DNA from: Podarcis vaucheri
Lineage: Eukaryota
Assembly (NCBI GenBank): GCA_965113315.1
Contig: OZ220364.1
Direction: 5' to 3' (one strand)
DNA length: 64,000 nucleotides
Shown here: piece by piece, positions 25,554 to 38,990 of the stretch
How positions within the stretch are numbered: position 1 is the first letter of the stretch
Layout of the letters: the number at the start of each line of letters is the position of its first letter
Translations under genes and position numbers: made by a program
The notes under the pieces: generated by a model
Database searches by the model: none
What the model was told of the DNA's origin: nothing
The model's input: only the letters and a program-made list of their open reading frames with translations

Positions 25554-27883
25554 CTTTAGATGTTTTATGTTTAACATTGCATCTGTCCTAGACTTGCTAT
25601 AATTTGGGCGATGATTAACTACTGTTTAAAAGGAATAAAGTAATTTGGAGAGGATAGGAAGACCTCTGAGTTATTTTTCTGTCGGCTTGGAAGGGTGTCC
25701 GCAGAAAAGACAGACAGGAAGTATGTAAGGCACAAACCCTGCTTCTAGAAAGCAAAGCTGATACTGATACTAATATTGGTTTGTTGCTTGATCAGGCAGC
25801 ATCTTCATGCTTTTACTTTCTATTATCCCCTCTTGCCAACTTTAACCACTAGTGATCAGACAGCCAGATTTTTAGTAAGGGATTAAAGAGATCAGGAGGC
25901 AGAAATTTCCATTAGCAATTTCTCCTCATAGCCAGCACCAAGTATTTCTCCATTTTCAATGCAATGTCTGTTTCCATCAAAAAATTGCATCTAGAGGAAG
26001 CCCAGTTTTTCTTCCAGTTGCACTGGCGCTGGAATCCAGAGGCCTGCACATATGTAGAAAACTCCTTTGTATCTGACCATGCGCCAGGCTACATGTTACA
26101 TTAAATGTGTGTCTTCATTTACATCTTTCTGTTTTAAAAAAAAAACAGCAACACTGCAGCAGGACCCAAGCAGGAATGGGACTCACAGCATATCAGGAAA
26201 GGGTCTATCTTTTCCAAACCTAGGTGCACAGCAGAGTCAGACCAGTTTCATGCTTTATGCAGAAATTGTGTTTGCTGATAGTACACCACCGGTTTTTGTT
26301 TCTCACAGCATACGTCAAAAATGACAACCCAGCTGTGTCCCTAAATGCGCAACAGGGAGCCCCAATATGGCCATGACTTTGCACTCTTTCACTCGTATTG
26401 ACATTCCTAAATGCAGCGAAATTCCTGCACAAAATTCAAATACCTATAAAAACGTTGAGGAAACCCATATGTAAATCATAAAGATGTTATGATAGCATTT
26501 TCCAGAGCTTGCTGGATTGCAGCACTTGGCTATGAACTCCTGGTGCATCAGCGTGCAGTGGAAAATCCCACAATGTATGCACAGTACCATTTGCATGTGG
26601 GTGTACTTCAGATGCTTACGCAGAAGTACACTTTGTGACCCTATAAAGCTCTGGTGCAAGTTTATCTTTGGATTGCAGTCATTGCATAGAGCTCGAAGAA
26701 AGTTAGGTGTGGCTTAATTTGTCTGCAAGCTCAGTAAGATATAAGCACTTAGTTAAAAACTTGTTCTCGGGGATTTTATATTTACTTGGCTTCTCCAAAT
26801 TTGCAGTTTAAATGTTTCCCGGCCTATATACTGTATGCGATCTTCTCCCATTTGCATACACTGAGCTGTCTGCAAGCAAGTGCAACTGTTGCCCCTCCAA
26901 TAATACATCCAGGGGTGGGGGGGGCGTGTTTTGTTACTTGGTCTCTCCACACCATGCTTTGCAGAGGTTTGGCAGCGTTAGCAGTGCTGAAATTAATTGT
27001 GGAGGAGGAGGAAGACTTCAGAGCCCCCATCTGCCAGTAACAAGCACTGTGGTATGTGAATGGCTCTGAACGTTCACTGATCTGGAATGAGGCTGACTTC
27101 AAACACAAAGGGGTCTGAATGCAGGAAGCAGCTTTTCCTTAGCAAGAAAGAGTTCGGCAGGAATGTCCTTTGTACCTGCCAAGTATTTTGGGGAAGAGGC
27201 CCTGTAATAAGTCTCCCTTTAATTAGGTGGAATGACAAGTCAAGAACCTCAAATAAAAATGACTTGCAGTCCAGTCTGGTGAGCTTGTTCACTGAAGCTT
27301 AGCTACAAACACACCTTCCCTAAAAAGCCTTGTAAATGGTGTCAGCTGCACAATATGAGCTACGTATGCAACAATTTAACTTGATGCCTCATGCTGGTTT
27401 TGAAATAACTTAAGTAAATAAATATTTCCATTCTACTTTCACAGGGGTTTTTTTTAAAAAAAAAAACACATACAGACACATACAAAAAAAGCACTTTCAT
27501 TCTGAATAGTCAGAATCGTGGATTGATTTTCCAGTTGAAATAATTTCCATGCCAGGTTCACATTGATGAAAAAACTTCCTTGGCTACGACCATTTCTTTT
27601 CTTGGGGAATCTTGGCCTATGGAATAATAAATGTCGCTTCAGAATTAAACTGTGTGCTCATCTCCAAGGCCCAAATGTTGAAACTTCAAAAGCCTGCTTC
27701 CTGTTGTAGCACTTGGCTAGTGTTCAGCATATTTTTACATGTGCTCCTAAGTTTGCAGCAATGTTGCTTGGGTTGCAAGTTTTTAAGCAAGTAATGAATT
27801 AGTAGGAATAGTAATGATACTTAGGAGATTTAAAGTGTTGCATATGTCATTGATCCCTCTGTTCAGCCTGTCAAGTGGGCCTC

Positions 27884-27935
<52 letters not shown>
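27884..27935. repeat. (TAT)n microsatellite
   Basis: Direct reading. Confidence 0.95.
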
Positions 27936-27939
<4 letters not shown>

Positions 27940-28699
27940 CTTAGGGAGAAGGAGCAGAGAGTTGTCTAAGTTCACCATTATTATTCACCATTATTGAACT
28001 CATTAGAGTTCAAGTGTGAGTTTAACCTACTGACTCAGAACTCAACAGCCACTGTAATATGCCTACTAATATTGATACAGAGAGGGCTACCCAGACCTTA
28101 GCACTAACCCACAAGGGGAGCAAGGGCATAGATCAAAGAGCAGGCACAAACTATTGTGGGAGATTGAACTCCACTCAGTCTTCCAGCTGTGCCACTCATG
28201 CTGATCCTGCTCATCTTCGCCCTGCAACAGCTTTTAGGGACTAAGGTACAGAATCAAGAGTAAGCAATGCCATCAACAGCACGCCAGACCCAAAGGTTCC
28301 TGCTTCAATTACAGCTAAGGAGAAAGCATTTGGAATCGACATGCAGTAGGATTTGAAATGTCACCCTTTTGGGGCTATAGGGAGGGTGCGTCAAGAAGCT
28401 TGTGTGCAAATCAACTTGGATCAAGGCCTAGTTATTTAGCAACATTGCCAAGCTGGGAGTATAATAAGCACAGGTAGGGTTTTAAGGTGGCATTAGTGGA
28501 ACTTTCCTGTAGACCTGTTTAGACCCACCTCCAGCTGAAGCTCACCTCACCTCCCCATTGGGACAAAAGCCAATGTAGAACAGGAGGCTTCTCCTTTTCC
28601 CAAAAATACAAGTCCGTGACGAGTCCACTTGCGAAAAGGGTATGCAGGAAAAGTGGCACCGATATAGATGCTTTATGGACTCTTTCTTCCTGATCCCAG

Positions 28700-28786
28700 G
28701 CAGAGCCAGCCTGTCTGTCCTTTCCAGTCATGTGGATTTAGACAGCCCTATACGTCGGCGCTCACTGCTGGGGCTTCTTTCTCTAG
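28700..28786 (+). CDS. TCF7: TCF7 symmetric cassette exon (QSQPVCPFQSCGFRQPYTSALTAGASFSR), equivalent to TCF-1 exon IVA / LEF1 exon 6
   Basis: cttcctgatcccag acceptor and AG|gtaagt donor; 87 nt, phase 2 to 2, open frame. Similar to LEF1 QGQPVYPITGGFRQPYPSSL. Confidence 0.88.
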
Positions 28787-30009
28787 GTAAGTATGAGCTG
28801 CCTAAGTCAGGACAAAATCGCTCTGCTTCTTTTGCAGTCCACGCCGTTCAAGCTTGCAGCACTTAGGGAGGCTTCTGGGTGGCAGCAACAGGGAAGGGAC
28901 TCTCCTGTTTTAGGCAGGTGGCTTTTTAAAACAACAAACAAACTTAGCACGCTCTCAAAAAGGAGTAACACAATTTTGGCTTTGGTCAACAATAGTAGGG
29001 GGTGGAGAGAGAGAACCCTCATGAAGATGCTGTAAAGTCCGTCTTCATGTGAGCACCACCACTGCAGCCTCAAAACGCCAGTATGTCTCTTAGTCTTATG
29101 TGGCTGGAGACAAAAAATAGAGTTTGTAAGTGCTTTGACGAAAGGTTTCACCTCTCATGGTGTGCAAATATTTCTTTTGTTCTATTGTTGCCTGTGGTTA
29201 AACAGTTCTTCCTCCCCAGATTTTTTTAAAAAACAGTAACAGCAGCAACAACAACAACAATGCAAAACTTTGCAAAAGTTATTTACCAGGCCTGGTAAGA
29301 AGGATGAGCACTCAAAAGCACTTTCAGCTCTCAAAAGAACCAACAACGCTGTTGTCTGTTTCCAGCATAAGGCTCCCCTTGTGGTATCACTTCATAACAC
29401 TGCAGAACATAATGGGCACCCTTATTACTACCTCTGCAATGTTCGTCATCTTCAGCTAACAAGAGTAGAAATTGGTCTTGTTTGGGACAGAGAACCTGAT
29501 AAATTCAAACCATCAGGTCAGGTTCTCATTCCTACCTCACTCCACTACTTGAGTCCACTGTCAGCTTTCCTCCATGCATCATGCACTACTTGAGTGCAAG
29601 GCAGATGCCTGGCAATGTCCTCCTTGTTCAGTTAATTCCTTGTATGGCCCCTGACAAGAGCCCTCACTTGGTTTAAGATTGCTGGCTTTGGTAACCTGGA
29701 AATGTATGGAAATTTACAATGGCTGAGGATGGCAGTAAACTAGAAGCATCAGTGTACCATGATGCAAACCAAATATTTGCTTTTGTCAGGCTGTTCCTTT
29801 TGTGGTGGCAGGACTGTGTGCTGCAGTGCCCCCCATGCAACACTTTAAAAAACTTAGACCTGCCTTCATAAGGGAACACAAATTTCCCATTGCCCCTCCA
29901 CATCTGCACTACCAATCCAGATGCTGGTTGTGAGTTGTTCAAGAATTCATTAGAAGGATCTGAAGCCAACTTCCATCTTCCTTGTCTGTCTTGAGAAGGT
30001 CCGACAGGG

Positions 30010-30232
30010 NNNNNNNNNNNNNNNNNNNNNNNNNNNNNNNNNNNNNNNNNNNNNNNNNNNNNNNNNNNNNNNNNNNNNNNNNNNNNNNNNNNNNNNNNNN
30101 NNNNNNNNNNNNNNNNNNNNNNNNNNNNNNNNNNNNNNNNNNNNNNNNNNNNNNNNNNNNNNNNNNNNNNNNNNNNNNNNNNNNNNNNNNNNNNNNNNNN
30201 NNNNNNNNNNNNNNNNNNNNNNNNNNNNNNNN
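30010..30232. other. Assembly gap (223 N) within a TCF7 intron
   Basis: Run of N flanked by GGG on both sides. Flanking exon phases are compatible, so no constitutive exon needs to be hidden here. Confidence 0.99.
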
Positions 30233-31504
30233 GGGCATCTCTCTAGCTTTGGCTTCTACTCTGTGTAGTCTTAATGAGAGTGCTCAGTACGTCTCTTGAT
30301 AAAGACATCATGAGATTTGCTTTAGGAACAGTAGTCGAAAAGGCACTTGATTATTATGATGAGGACGATAGTATTATTGTTATTACCTTAATTTTCAGCC
30401 TGCCGGAGGCAACTACTCCAGTCTAAGCATCTTAATATTTAAGATAAATGACTCTGCAGACCTCCTTGGTTGCCTGACAGTTTCATTCTTCATCATACCG
30501 GCATTCCCACTTTACAGGTTTTGCAGACAAGAACACACACCTCGGCAGATAATGATCAAGCTTCAAGTCATGCCAGTAGATTAAAATCAAGCATCATTTC
30601 TTTTTGTGCCAACAGAGCTAATGAACAGTTGGTTGTCTCCCATGGGCAATCCTGCTGTCTCAAGCTTCTGTCATGAAGCTTGGTAAACTGACAGCATCAT
30701 TCTCCAGTGCTGAAAATATTTTACAGGCCTGATGAAGGGTGTATAAACTATTAATCTTAAGTAGCTGTGTTATGATCGCAATGATAGCATTGGCTTTACC
30801 CTCCCAGGTCCCATTGTGCTCAGAATTGCTCCAGGGAGGCAATGAGGCCTGGAGACGGCCATAATGTTTATGTTACAGCCCTAACAATACAGTGTCAACA
30901 AGTGAGATCTGAATATCCAGTGTGAGGTGCTAGATCACACGGTTAGGCTGAGGCTTAGTGAGAGGGCATCTGCTTCAATCATTGGTATCTCCAGATATGG
31001 CTGTGAGAGAACCCTGCCTGAAACCCTGGAGAGCCATGGCCAATCAGAGCAGATGATACTGAGCTAGATGGACCAATGGCTTAATTCCATATTGTTTTTG
31101 CAAAGCAGTTGGTATGAAAATTTTGCCCAAGGCCTAACCTGAAATGGGCTTAGCTACACTTCACAGTGCCACTAACTAGGACCATGGATTACTTGGGCAA
31201 GACAGCCCCAAACCAAACATATGCAGCCAAAAGCCAGTGCAAAATGCCCACTCTTTGAAACTGAAAACTGGTGTGTGCGCTGAGAACAGTTAAGTACAGC
31301 TCTTTAAGTTTAATCACACACCAAATTAAGTCTTGTAGCCTCTATTTAACTGCAGGCCCGATGAGGAGAAAATACTAAGTCAGGCTTGGCATTGCCATCA
31401 GCTTCGTCAAGCGCTGAGATGCAGCACTCTTGGGTGTTATTATAGTTCAGGAAGAATGCTTCACTTACAGAAATCCAGCCAGGTGGTTGGGGTATAAATT
31501 ATAA

Positions 31505-31520
31505 ATTATTATTATTATTA

Positions 31521-31558
<38 letters not shown>

Positions 31559-31569
31559 ACTACTACTAC
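31505..31569. repeat. Compound (ATT)n(CTG)n(CTA)n microsatellite, intronic
   Basis: Direct reading; about 11 CTG units. Confidence 0.95.
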
Positions 31570-31992
31570 AGAATGTCAGGATGGCCTAGGATAATGCAAA
31601 TGGATGTCAGAGAGCTACTTCACATGTAAATTGTACTCAGTTAATGGGCTCCTGCTCAGTTGCTACTATGAATATAGAAGGAAAAATTCAAAGAGTGCCA
31701 CCTAGTGGGCAAACCTCTGTCTCCCAAACACTTGAAAAACAAATCATTAGGTAGGATTGCCATTGCTAAATGTCCCAGTGTTGCCTGTCTTAATTCAATG
31801 GCCCTGTTCCAGAATGTGGCAGCTCCACAGAATATAACTAAGGATCCATGCTACAGACCTTTTGCAGCTGCGTAAGCTTTTAGAAACCCATCCACCATGT
31901 TTCCGCTGCTGTGTGTTTTTTGGAATTGTCATTGAATATGCAACCCTTCCGTTTTAATATCAAACTGTCTACTGAGCATTCTTAAAGGTGGT

Positions 31993-31995
<3 letters not shown>

Positions 31996-32024
<29 letters not shown>
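31996..32024. repeat. (CT)n microsatellite
   Basis: Direct reading. Confidence 0.95.
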
Positions 32025-32029
<5 letters not shown>

Positions 32030-32119
32030 TTTAGAATGAGTCCAACTGCAGTATGAAACCCAGGAGGTCTGTAATCTGTTTAAAAGCCCAGGCAGTCACA
32101 AACATGCTTTATGTTACAG

Positions 32120-32230
32120 GATCACACATCCCTTGATGCTCGGCTCTGGAATGCACACCACAGGAATCCCGCACCCGGGTATCACATCTCCCTCTGGGAA
32201 ACAAGAGTTTGACCATTACGACCGGAGCAT
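32120..32230 (+). CDS. TCF7: TCF7 internal coding exon (ITHPLMLGSGMHTTGIPHPGITSPSGKQEFDHYDRSM)
   Basis: atgttacag acceptor and AT|gtaagt donor; 111 nt, phase 2 to 2. Carries the HTTGIPHP.I..P..KQE TCF/LEF motif. Confidence 0.95.
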
Positions 32231-32876
32231 GTAAGTGACCATTTTTGGGGGGAAAAGGTTAGGCTGGAACGATATAATTCCGCATCCATTTTGCACCTTT
32301 TTGAAGCTGCTTCTCCTTGGCAAAGCAGAGCCAGTATGGTGCCACTTCCAGTGGGGAAAAGATAGCTAGGAGGATGACATTTCACGCCTCTCTCAGCCAC
32401 TCTTCTTCCCCCTGCCCCAAGGCCTGTTTCGATGAGGGTGGGGGAACTGATGCCCTTCAAATGTTTCTGGGTTCCTGTGCCATCATCCCTGACCATTGAG
32501 AATGTGGGCTGGGGCTGATGGAAGTTGGAATCCAACAACACCTGGAGGACCACAGAGGTCCCCAGCCCAGATGCAGACCATTTACTGTTCTTCAAATTGG
32601 AACAGTAAATGCAGTGGGTTTTGCCTCACATTTAATAAATCACGAGTAATATCTGTCTGTGCTGAATCAGATCAGAGATTGTACAGAGTCCAGCATTGTG
32701 TCTCCAATGGTAGCAACTAGGCCATTGCTGAAGTCTGTATTTTACTGTTAATATATATATATTTAAATCTAAGTTTTGGCTCATGGATTTTAGTCTTTTC
32801 CCAGCAGCCAAGATTTCCAGTTACCACTCAGTTCTTTTTTACTAACCGGTTGCTGTTTTTTCCTGTTTCTGGCAAG

Positions 32877-33039
32877 GAAATCACAACCAGAACCAAAGAG
32901 AGAGAAGGAAGCGAAGAAGCCTACCATCAAGAAGCCTCTGAACGCTTTCATGCTGTATATGAAAGAGATGCGGGGGACAGTCATTGCTGAGTGCACCTTG
33001 AAAGAAAGTGCAGCCATCAATCAGATATTAGGAAGGCGG
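32877..33039 (+). CDS. TCF7: TCF7 HMG-box exon 1 ([54 protein letters not shown])
   Basis: TACTAAC branch point at 32840-32846, pyrimidine tract, AAG acceptor and CGG|gtaag donor; 163 nt. [22 protein letters not shown] is the TCF7-type HMG box. Confidence 0.98.
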
Positions 33040-35199
33040 GTAAGAGCGCAAAAAGGAGGCAGGGGTGTTCTGATGACTAGGGAGGCGTCATGGATATGCG
33101 CTCGCAAATGCATCTTCAGTACTTCCAGAGGCTGTGGGCTTTTTGGATCCATGGTTTAAGAACATGGAGAGAGCCTTGACTAGAAGATCAGGCCTATCTA
33201 GTCCACTATATTGTTCTCACAGCACCCAGCCTGATGTCTGTGGGAAGCCTACAAGCAGGATCTGAACACAGGCTTCATCCAGCCTCCTGAAGAGCAAATA
33301 CAGACCCAACTCCACTGGGTTGGGAAAGATGGTGGAAGATGGCTGGCCTTTCATGCTTGGTGATGTAGATTCCCAAATGGCCATTTGCAAGCTGAATTAG
33401 CTGGAGGTTCCTGCAGCGCTGTGGATGGGCTGCTATGCTGCTGTTAGGGTAACCATGCTCAGCAAGGAGGTTAATGGGGTGTGTGGGTGAAGCTGGGCTC
33501 AAGTGAAGCTGGGACTGGTGATTGTGGCCCATGCAGGGTATTTCTTTTCTTTAGGATACTCATTAATGGTTTTGAAACCACTCTCTTAGTTGTAGTGGCC
33601 TGGCAGACTCTATTACAGACTTGCAGCAGAATCTGAAAGGGTCAGCAGAAACTTAGGGACCCAAGGCCTCCATGCTTTTACTCCACCTCCTCCCTATATA
33701 GCCTAACTGTCCTCCACTGAGTGCATTTATGTGGGCTTCAAGATCCACTATAATGAATTTCATAGGTTGTCTTAAGGAACCTTACGTTGCTGTAGGAACT
33801 GCCAAGGAAAGCCTTCAACGCCTTGCTTTGTGTTTTATTGTCTTTTGCCAGCCCACTTCCACCTGTGGCAGACTGTATGCCACTCCTCACGTCACTGAGC
33901 ATAATTCATTTTATTATTGGGGTTTTCCAAGGCTGCTGTGTTGTCAGGAAATTTAAGTTGCAGCAATATGTTTTCAGCTAAGACTCCAAAATTGTTTCTG
34001 GATTACTTCTAACATGTAAAGTGCTTTTCACTTCACAAAGCACTCGTCTGCAAAACCATGTGAGACAAGTCCCAGTTATTTTCACCATGTAAGTGGGGAA
34101 CTTTTGAGTGAGGCCTTGGGACCTACCAGTGACCACTCAGCGATTCTATGGCTGAGCAAGGATTTGACTCTGGGTTCCCCAAGTTCATGATCAGTGGATT
34201 TACTGGGCTCCTTCCCCCCCCCCCTTAACCTTGGCATACAACTTTCCCTTGCTTCTGTGAGCACAAACCACTGAGCCACACAACTTTAAATTTAATCCCA
34301 AGAACTCTACATTATAACTCTGATTTTAAATTTTGACAGTAAAGACCTGGTTTTTCCTGTACTTTTGTTTGTTCTGTAGAAGCCAAAGGAGGAGAAAACC
34401 CACAAAAAGAAATGGTTGTTTAGTCCAATGTGGGCTTCTCCATTTTCCCAAAACAGTTTTGTCCTACTTGAGCAGTCAAAATGCTTCACCATTCATGTCT
34501 AGAAATAAGAGACTGTTGCTTTCTGGTTATATGGCAAAGGCTTCCTGCTCCCTGCACACAGCAGTCTATTTGAATAAAAACAGAGAGCTGTGTGCAACTA
34601 CATTACAGTGACTAGAGTAATGATGTATAAGGACCAAACTAAGTCTTTGCTTAGTATGTAGCAGGCAGCTTAGCATCTAGCATTTTTTTAGTTGATTACA
34701 GGTTCTGGGGGTGGGGCAGGTAATTGTTTGCAGTGCATAGGGAGGGGAGCTTTATCTACTCTTCCCCAGCTGCAACCCACCTGAAAATCTCCACTACCAT
34801 CACTACCACCACTTGGTATGGCTACAAACATTAAAGATTTCCCATTGATACCAATGGAAACTTTATTAAATTATTCCCTTGCCTTCCAAAATTCCAGAAA
34901 CTTTCTGTTTTCCGATTCAGGGTGGTTTTGCCGGTCCTCTCAGAAGTGGTTGTGAGCTGCCTCAGCACTGTTTCCATATGTGGCAGGCCTGGGGAACATT
35001 TGGCCCTCCAGGTGCTGCTAGGCACACCTCCCATCATCCCTAGCCATTGGAGCTGGTGGGAGGTGCAGTTCAGCAACATCTGCAGGGGCAAAGGTTCCCT
35101 GGGCCTGATGTTTGGTATCCACTCTTAGCATTTGCTCTTTTCTGATCAGAGGGATGGTGTCTCTTGGTGTCTCACGGCTTTCTGTGGTTTCTGTTTCAG

Positions 35200-35307
35200 T
35201 GGCACGCGCTGTCACGGGAGGAACAAGCCAAGTACTATGAACTGGCCCGCAAGGAAAGGCAGCTCCACATGCAGCTCTACCCCGGCTGGTCTGCAAGAGA
35301 TAACTAC
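35200..35307 (+). CDS. TCF7: TCF7 HMG-box exon 2 ([36 protein letters not shown])
   Basis: ctgtttcag acceptor and TAC|gtgagt donor; 108 nt. Canonical TCF/LEF HMG C-terminal half. Confidence 0.98.
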
Positions 35308-36162
35308 GTGAGTACTCTGGGTCTCTGGTGGCCTCCAAAGAATCTTATGTCCATGAAGTTTTGATGTTGCCTTTCAAACTGTGTGCCTTTCCAGACATTC
35401 AGCCTGAAGTGGGAGGGGCTGAAGTAGGAAGGGGGCACAAGCATCGCAAAAGTGGGAAGGGAAACTGAGAGCATGGGCATCACCCACAGCCCTTCCATGC
35501 CTGACCTTCACTTGTTTGGGATGGAGGTCTGAAAGGGGCTTTGCTTGGGCAATGCCTTATCGGGATTCCCAGTATCAGAGAAGCTTGTAAGCTTATGCAC
35601 CCAAATGCACTTGCGTGTTTTTTAGGGGGGAAAACGTCAGACTTTCACAGTTTGCAAGTGAAGGTCAGATTTGGGGGGGGGGGGAGAAGCCATGTGCCAC
35701 TCCCACCACACCCACTTTAGCCCACAGGGCTCCAGGTCAAATCCCTGAAGAAGACTTATTTTGCAGATAATGGTTTACAGCAATTTTTCTCACAGATAGT
35801 GTGCAGATGACACAAATTCAGAGAAGCAATTCCCAGAGGGTTAGATCACAGGGACATATATATAGATAGTTGGTCAGGTTGACATTAGACGCAAGGCAGC
35901 CAACAATGCTGAGAGGTTTTCACTTTTAGGCTTCTGGATGTTTGGTGGGGCTGCTGGCTTTTCTCCCCTACCTTAACATCAGCTTCCCACACACCATGGC
36001 AAACTGCTTTTGATGTACACAAACACCAAGATCTAGGCACTTCAGTTAGAAAAAGAAGAGTTGGGAAAACCCCTACCGATCTCAAGGAGTCACCACACTA
36101 TTTCCCAGACTAGCACCCAGGTGTTCAAAGGAACCAATAGAGATACAAATTTAACTGGAGGG

Positions 36163-36490
36163 CAGGAGTGGATCTACTATGAAACAAATGAAGCTTAGGC
36201 TCCAGAGCCCTAATCCTGGAGGGGCCCCAGAAGCAACTTGAGTCCACATTGATTTTTGGGTCTAGTAGACCCAATTTGAGTGGCGTGACTCAAATTGTTA
36301 TTTTATTGTCTGTATTTCAACAATCCAAAAGTTTGAGAGTCAGTAGCACAGGTGTTATAAAGGTGTGATCTGTCACGGAACAACCCCATTGAAGATGATA
36401 ACAGAACTTACTCAGACATTGCTGCTGGTGGTAAAGGGGCCCCCATGACAGTTCAAGGTTCAGGGCCCCCAAAATGTAGTTCTGTCACTG
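36163..36490. mobile_element. Decayed hAT-like MITE; a similar-type remnant near 7144-7412
   Basis: CAG...CTG ends with repeated GGGGCCCC subterminal motifs. Confidence 0.45.
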
Positions 36491-36826
36491 CTGGAGGGTC
36501 CCTGCAGTAAACTCTTCTGAAACTACTGGGTTTAGGGGGTTAATTTAATAAACTATAATACATCACAATATTTCCAGCAGATTGAACATTGCCATGCTGT
36601 AGCTGTTATTCAACAGCTCTTTTTAGCCCAGATGTAGTAGAGTGCAATCCAGATAAAGTTATGTATACCTGATATTAATATCTACATAGAGAGTGGCTGT
36701 GGGTATCTATGTATATTGGAAGGGGAGAAATAAGAATGCCTGGTGGCAGAAGGGAGTTGGGAGTCCAACCATATCTAGAGGGCCTCAGCTTCCCCAACCC
36801 TGTGCTTCTGCCTCCATCTTTCCTGC

Positions 36827-37012
36827 GCCTGTGTGGTGTAGTGGTTAAGAGCAGTGGACTCGTAATCTGGGGAACCGGGTTCGCGTCTCCGCTCCTCCAC
36901 ATGCAGCTGCTGGGTGACCTTGGGCCAGTCACACTTCTCTGAAGTCTCTCAGCCCCACTCACCTCACAGAGTGTTTGTTGTGGGGGAGGAAGGGAAAGGA
37001 GAATGTTAGCCA
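36827..37012 (+). mobile_element. tRNA-derived SINE (Squam3-like), 3'-truncated
   Basis: A box TGGTGTAGTGG, B box GGGTTCGCGTC, body ...GGGTGACCTTGGGCCAGTCACAC...; family name from recall. Confidence 0.8.
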
Positions 37013-38339
37013 CTCAAGTCCAAACTCTTTTTTTTTCTTCTTCTCCTTTGCTTCCCCTCTTTCCATGGATCTCAGAGGCCCTTGTGCTCTGTATGCCTCC
37101 CTCCTTGCTAGCTAAACACAACATCCAAAAACGTGTTTCTCCTAAACTATTAACCTCTGATCTCTTTCTCCCCCTCCACTTTTTGCCCTTCTTTAAATTG
37201 TAGTAGGCAAGATAGTAGTGGGAAAATATGGTTTATATTATTATTATTATCATCATATTAAATAGTGTTGGTTTCAGGATATGAGGGCCCTGAGCCATGC
37301 AGCCATCAGTAAGCCGCCTAAACCCTGAAGAGGCAGCACATAAAAACTGAGAATTCTCTTAATGCTGCATCCGATCTTTTTGGATACTCTTTGCAAAGTG
37401 GGAAAGGTAGTTCTGTCTGGGCAGTGGCCTCCTCCCCGTTGGGCTTGAGCCGCTGGCAAATGTCCAACATCTGGAGCTGGCCGAAGGAATCAAAATGCAA
37501 CAACTGCTAATGAGGTGCGACTCCAATATATTCAGTTTCTTGTTTGATTGAAACTTAGCATATTAAGGGTCTGTTTCATAACTAGTAATTTATCTGTTTA
37601 CACTGTGGAGACACTTTAGTTTGAGGGTTTGCACTCCCTGTTTAGAAGTTCATGGTAATACCCACTTTCCTATCGTCTGTCTCCAGGTGCTCGCAGTGTG
37701 AAATAGGCAGGAAAGCTGTGAGGTAATAAGCAGTGGTTTCTTTTTAATTTATATGAGCTTGCACTAGATTTATGGTCATCAGAAAAAAGGCCCTCAAGAG
37801 AAATTAAAATGCACAGAGAGAAGAGACTCGCAGCTAATAATAATAACCACACCCATATTTGTCTTAGAGCTCTTAATTATATCAATGCAAATAAACACGT
37901 ATTCTCTCTTGGGTGATATGTCATACTTAACTTTTGTTTGACATGATCATACACTTACCTAGCGAGAGATTAATATTGCTCAATCCATCTTGATCACGGC
38001 TTGCCCCAACATCATGTGCCGCGTTTGCTTTTAGCTCATGCTGACTCTGCATTTTGCATTTGCCAGGTTCACATTGCTAGGTCCTGTTTGCTTCCATTGC
38101 CTCTTCTGATCTCATCCATGGAAGGTGACAAAAGCCCAGGATTTAAAGAAAGCAAATACTGCCCAAATGTCAGCTGATAGCTGAACTGAAGCAAATACTT
38201 CAAATTTGATAGTTCCCTTCCCTTTCTGAAATGTGTGCCAAAGATCTTGGGGGTTTAGGAGGCTGTCTGAGTGAACCCAGCATCATCCAAGCTTCTTTGA
38301 ACTCTACTGTTCATTGATTTGCCTTCATTCTATCATATA

Positions 38340-38556
38340 TTTATCAAATTTGTATCCCACCTCTCCTCCAAGGAATTCATACCTGGCTCTCCATTTCCAT
38401 ATTACCCTCACAACAACCCTTTGAGGTACTTTGGGCTAGGAGTTGGCGACTGGACCAACTTCACACCCAATGAGTTTTGTGGCAGAAGATGGAGATTTGA
38501 ACCCTGGTCTCTTGGGTCATGAACTCGACACTCTAACCACTACACCACTCTGCCTC
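38340..38556 (-). mobile_element. Decayed Squam3-like SINE
   Basis: ctctaaccactacaccac (reverse A box), tttgaaccc (reverse B box) and ccctcacaacaaccct body. Confidence 0.65.
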
Positions 38557-38857
38557 TCCCTGTTTCTAATGGTCCTGCCAGGCCAACACTTCTTTGCTTT
38601 AAATTTGAGAGACAACTGGGAAAGGAAGTTGCAGTTTGCAACTGTACTTCCTGTCTGCCCCCCCCCAAAAAAACACAACATATGTGAGAGCTTATATCTC
38701 ATTAAAAGAGGTTCATCCAAGCTGTTTTCGTTGATGCATGCCTGGTTGGCAGCGTTGAAATTTTAATTTTTTTAAGAGAGGGCTTCCCACACCCTCCTCG
38801 GGACTTGTTAATGCACATGAACATGCAATTATGGGGCATGTGCCCATCAATGAGCCC

Positions 38858-38990
38858 TGTATACATTTAGGGAAGTTTTTAATGTTTGATGTTTTGCCAC
38901 TTTTTATTATTACTAATAATAATATTCTGTTGGGAGCTGCCCAGAGCGGCTGAGGAGGCCTAGCCAGATGAGCGGGGTATAAATAAATCA

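Noticed and set aside
30010-30232. Gap hiding a missing TCF7 exon; poly-X ORFs across it
   Set aside because: All expected exons are found with compatible phases, and the ORFs are artefacts of the N run.
31524-31558. (CTG)n as a polyglutamine or polyleucine coding tract
   Set aside because: It is intronic, part of a compound microsatellite at a LINE tail, and has no splice signals.
36827-36900. tRNA gene
   Set aside because: The A and B boxes belong to a SINE head that continues into SINE body; there is no proper cloverleaf or terminator.
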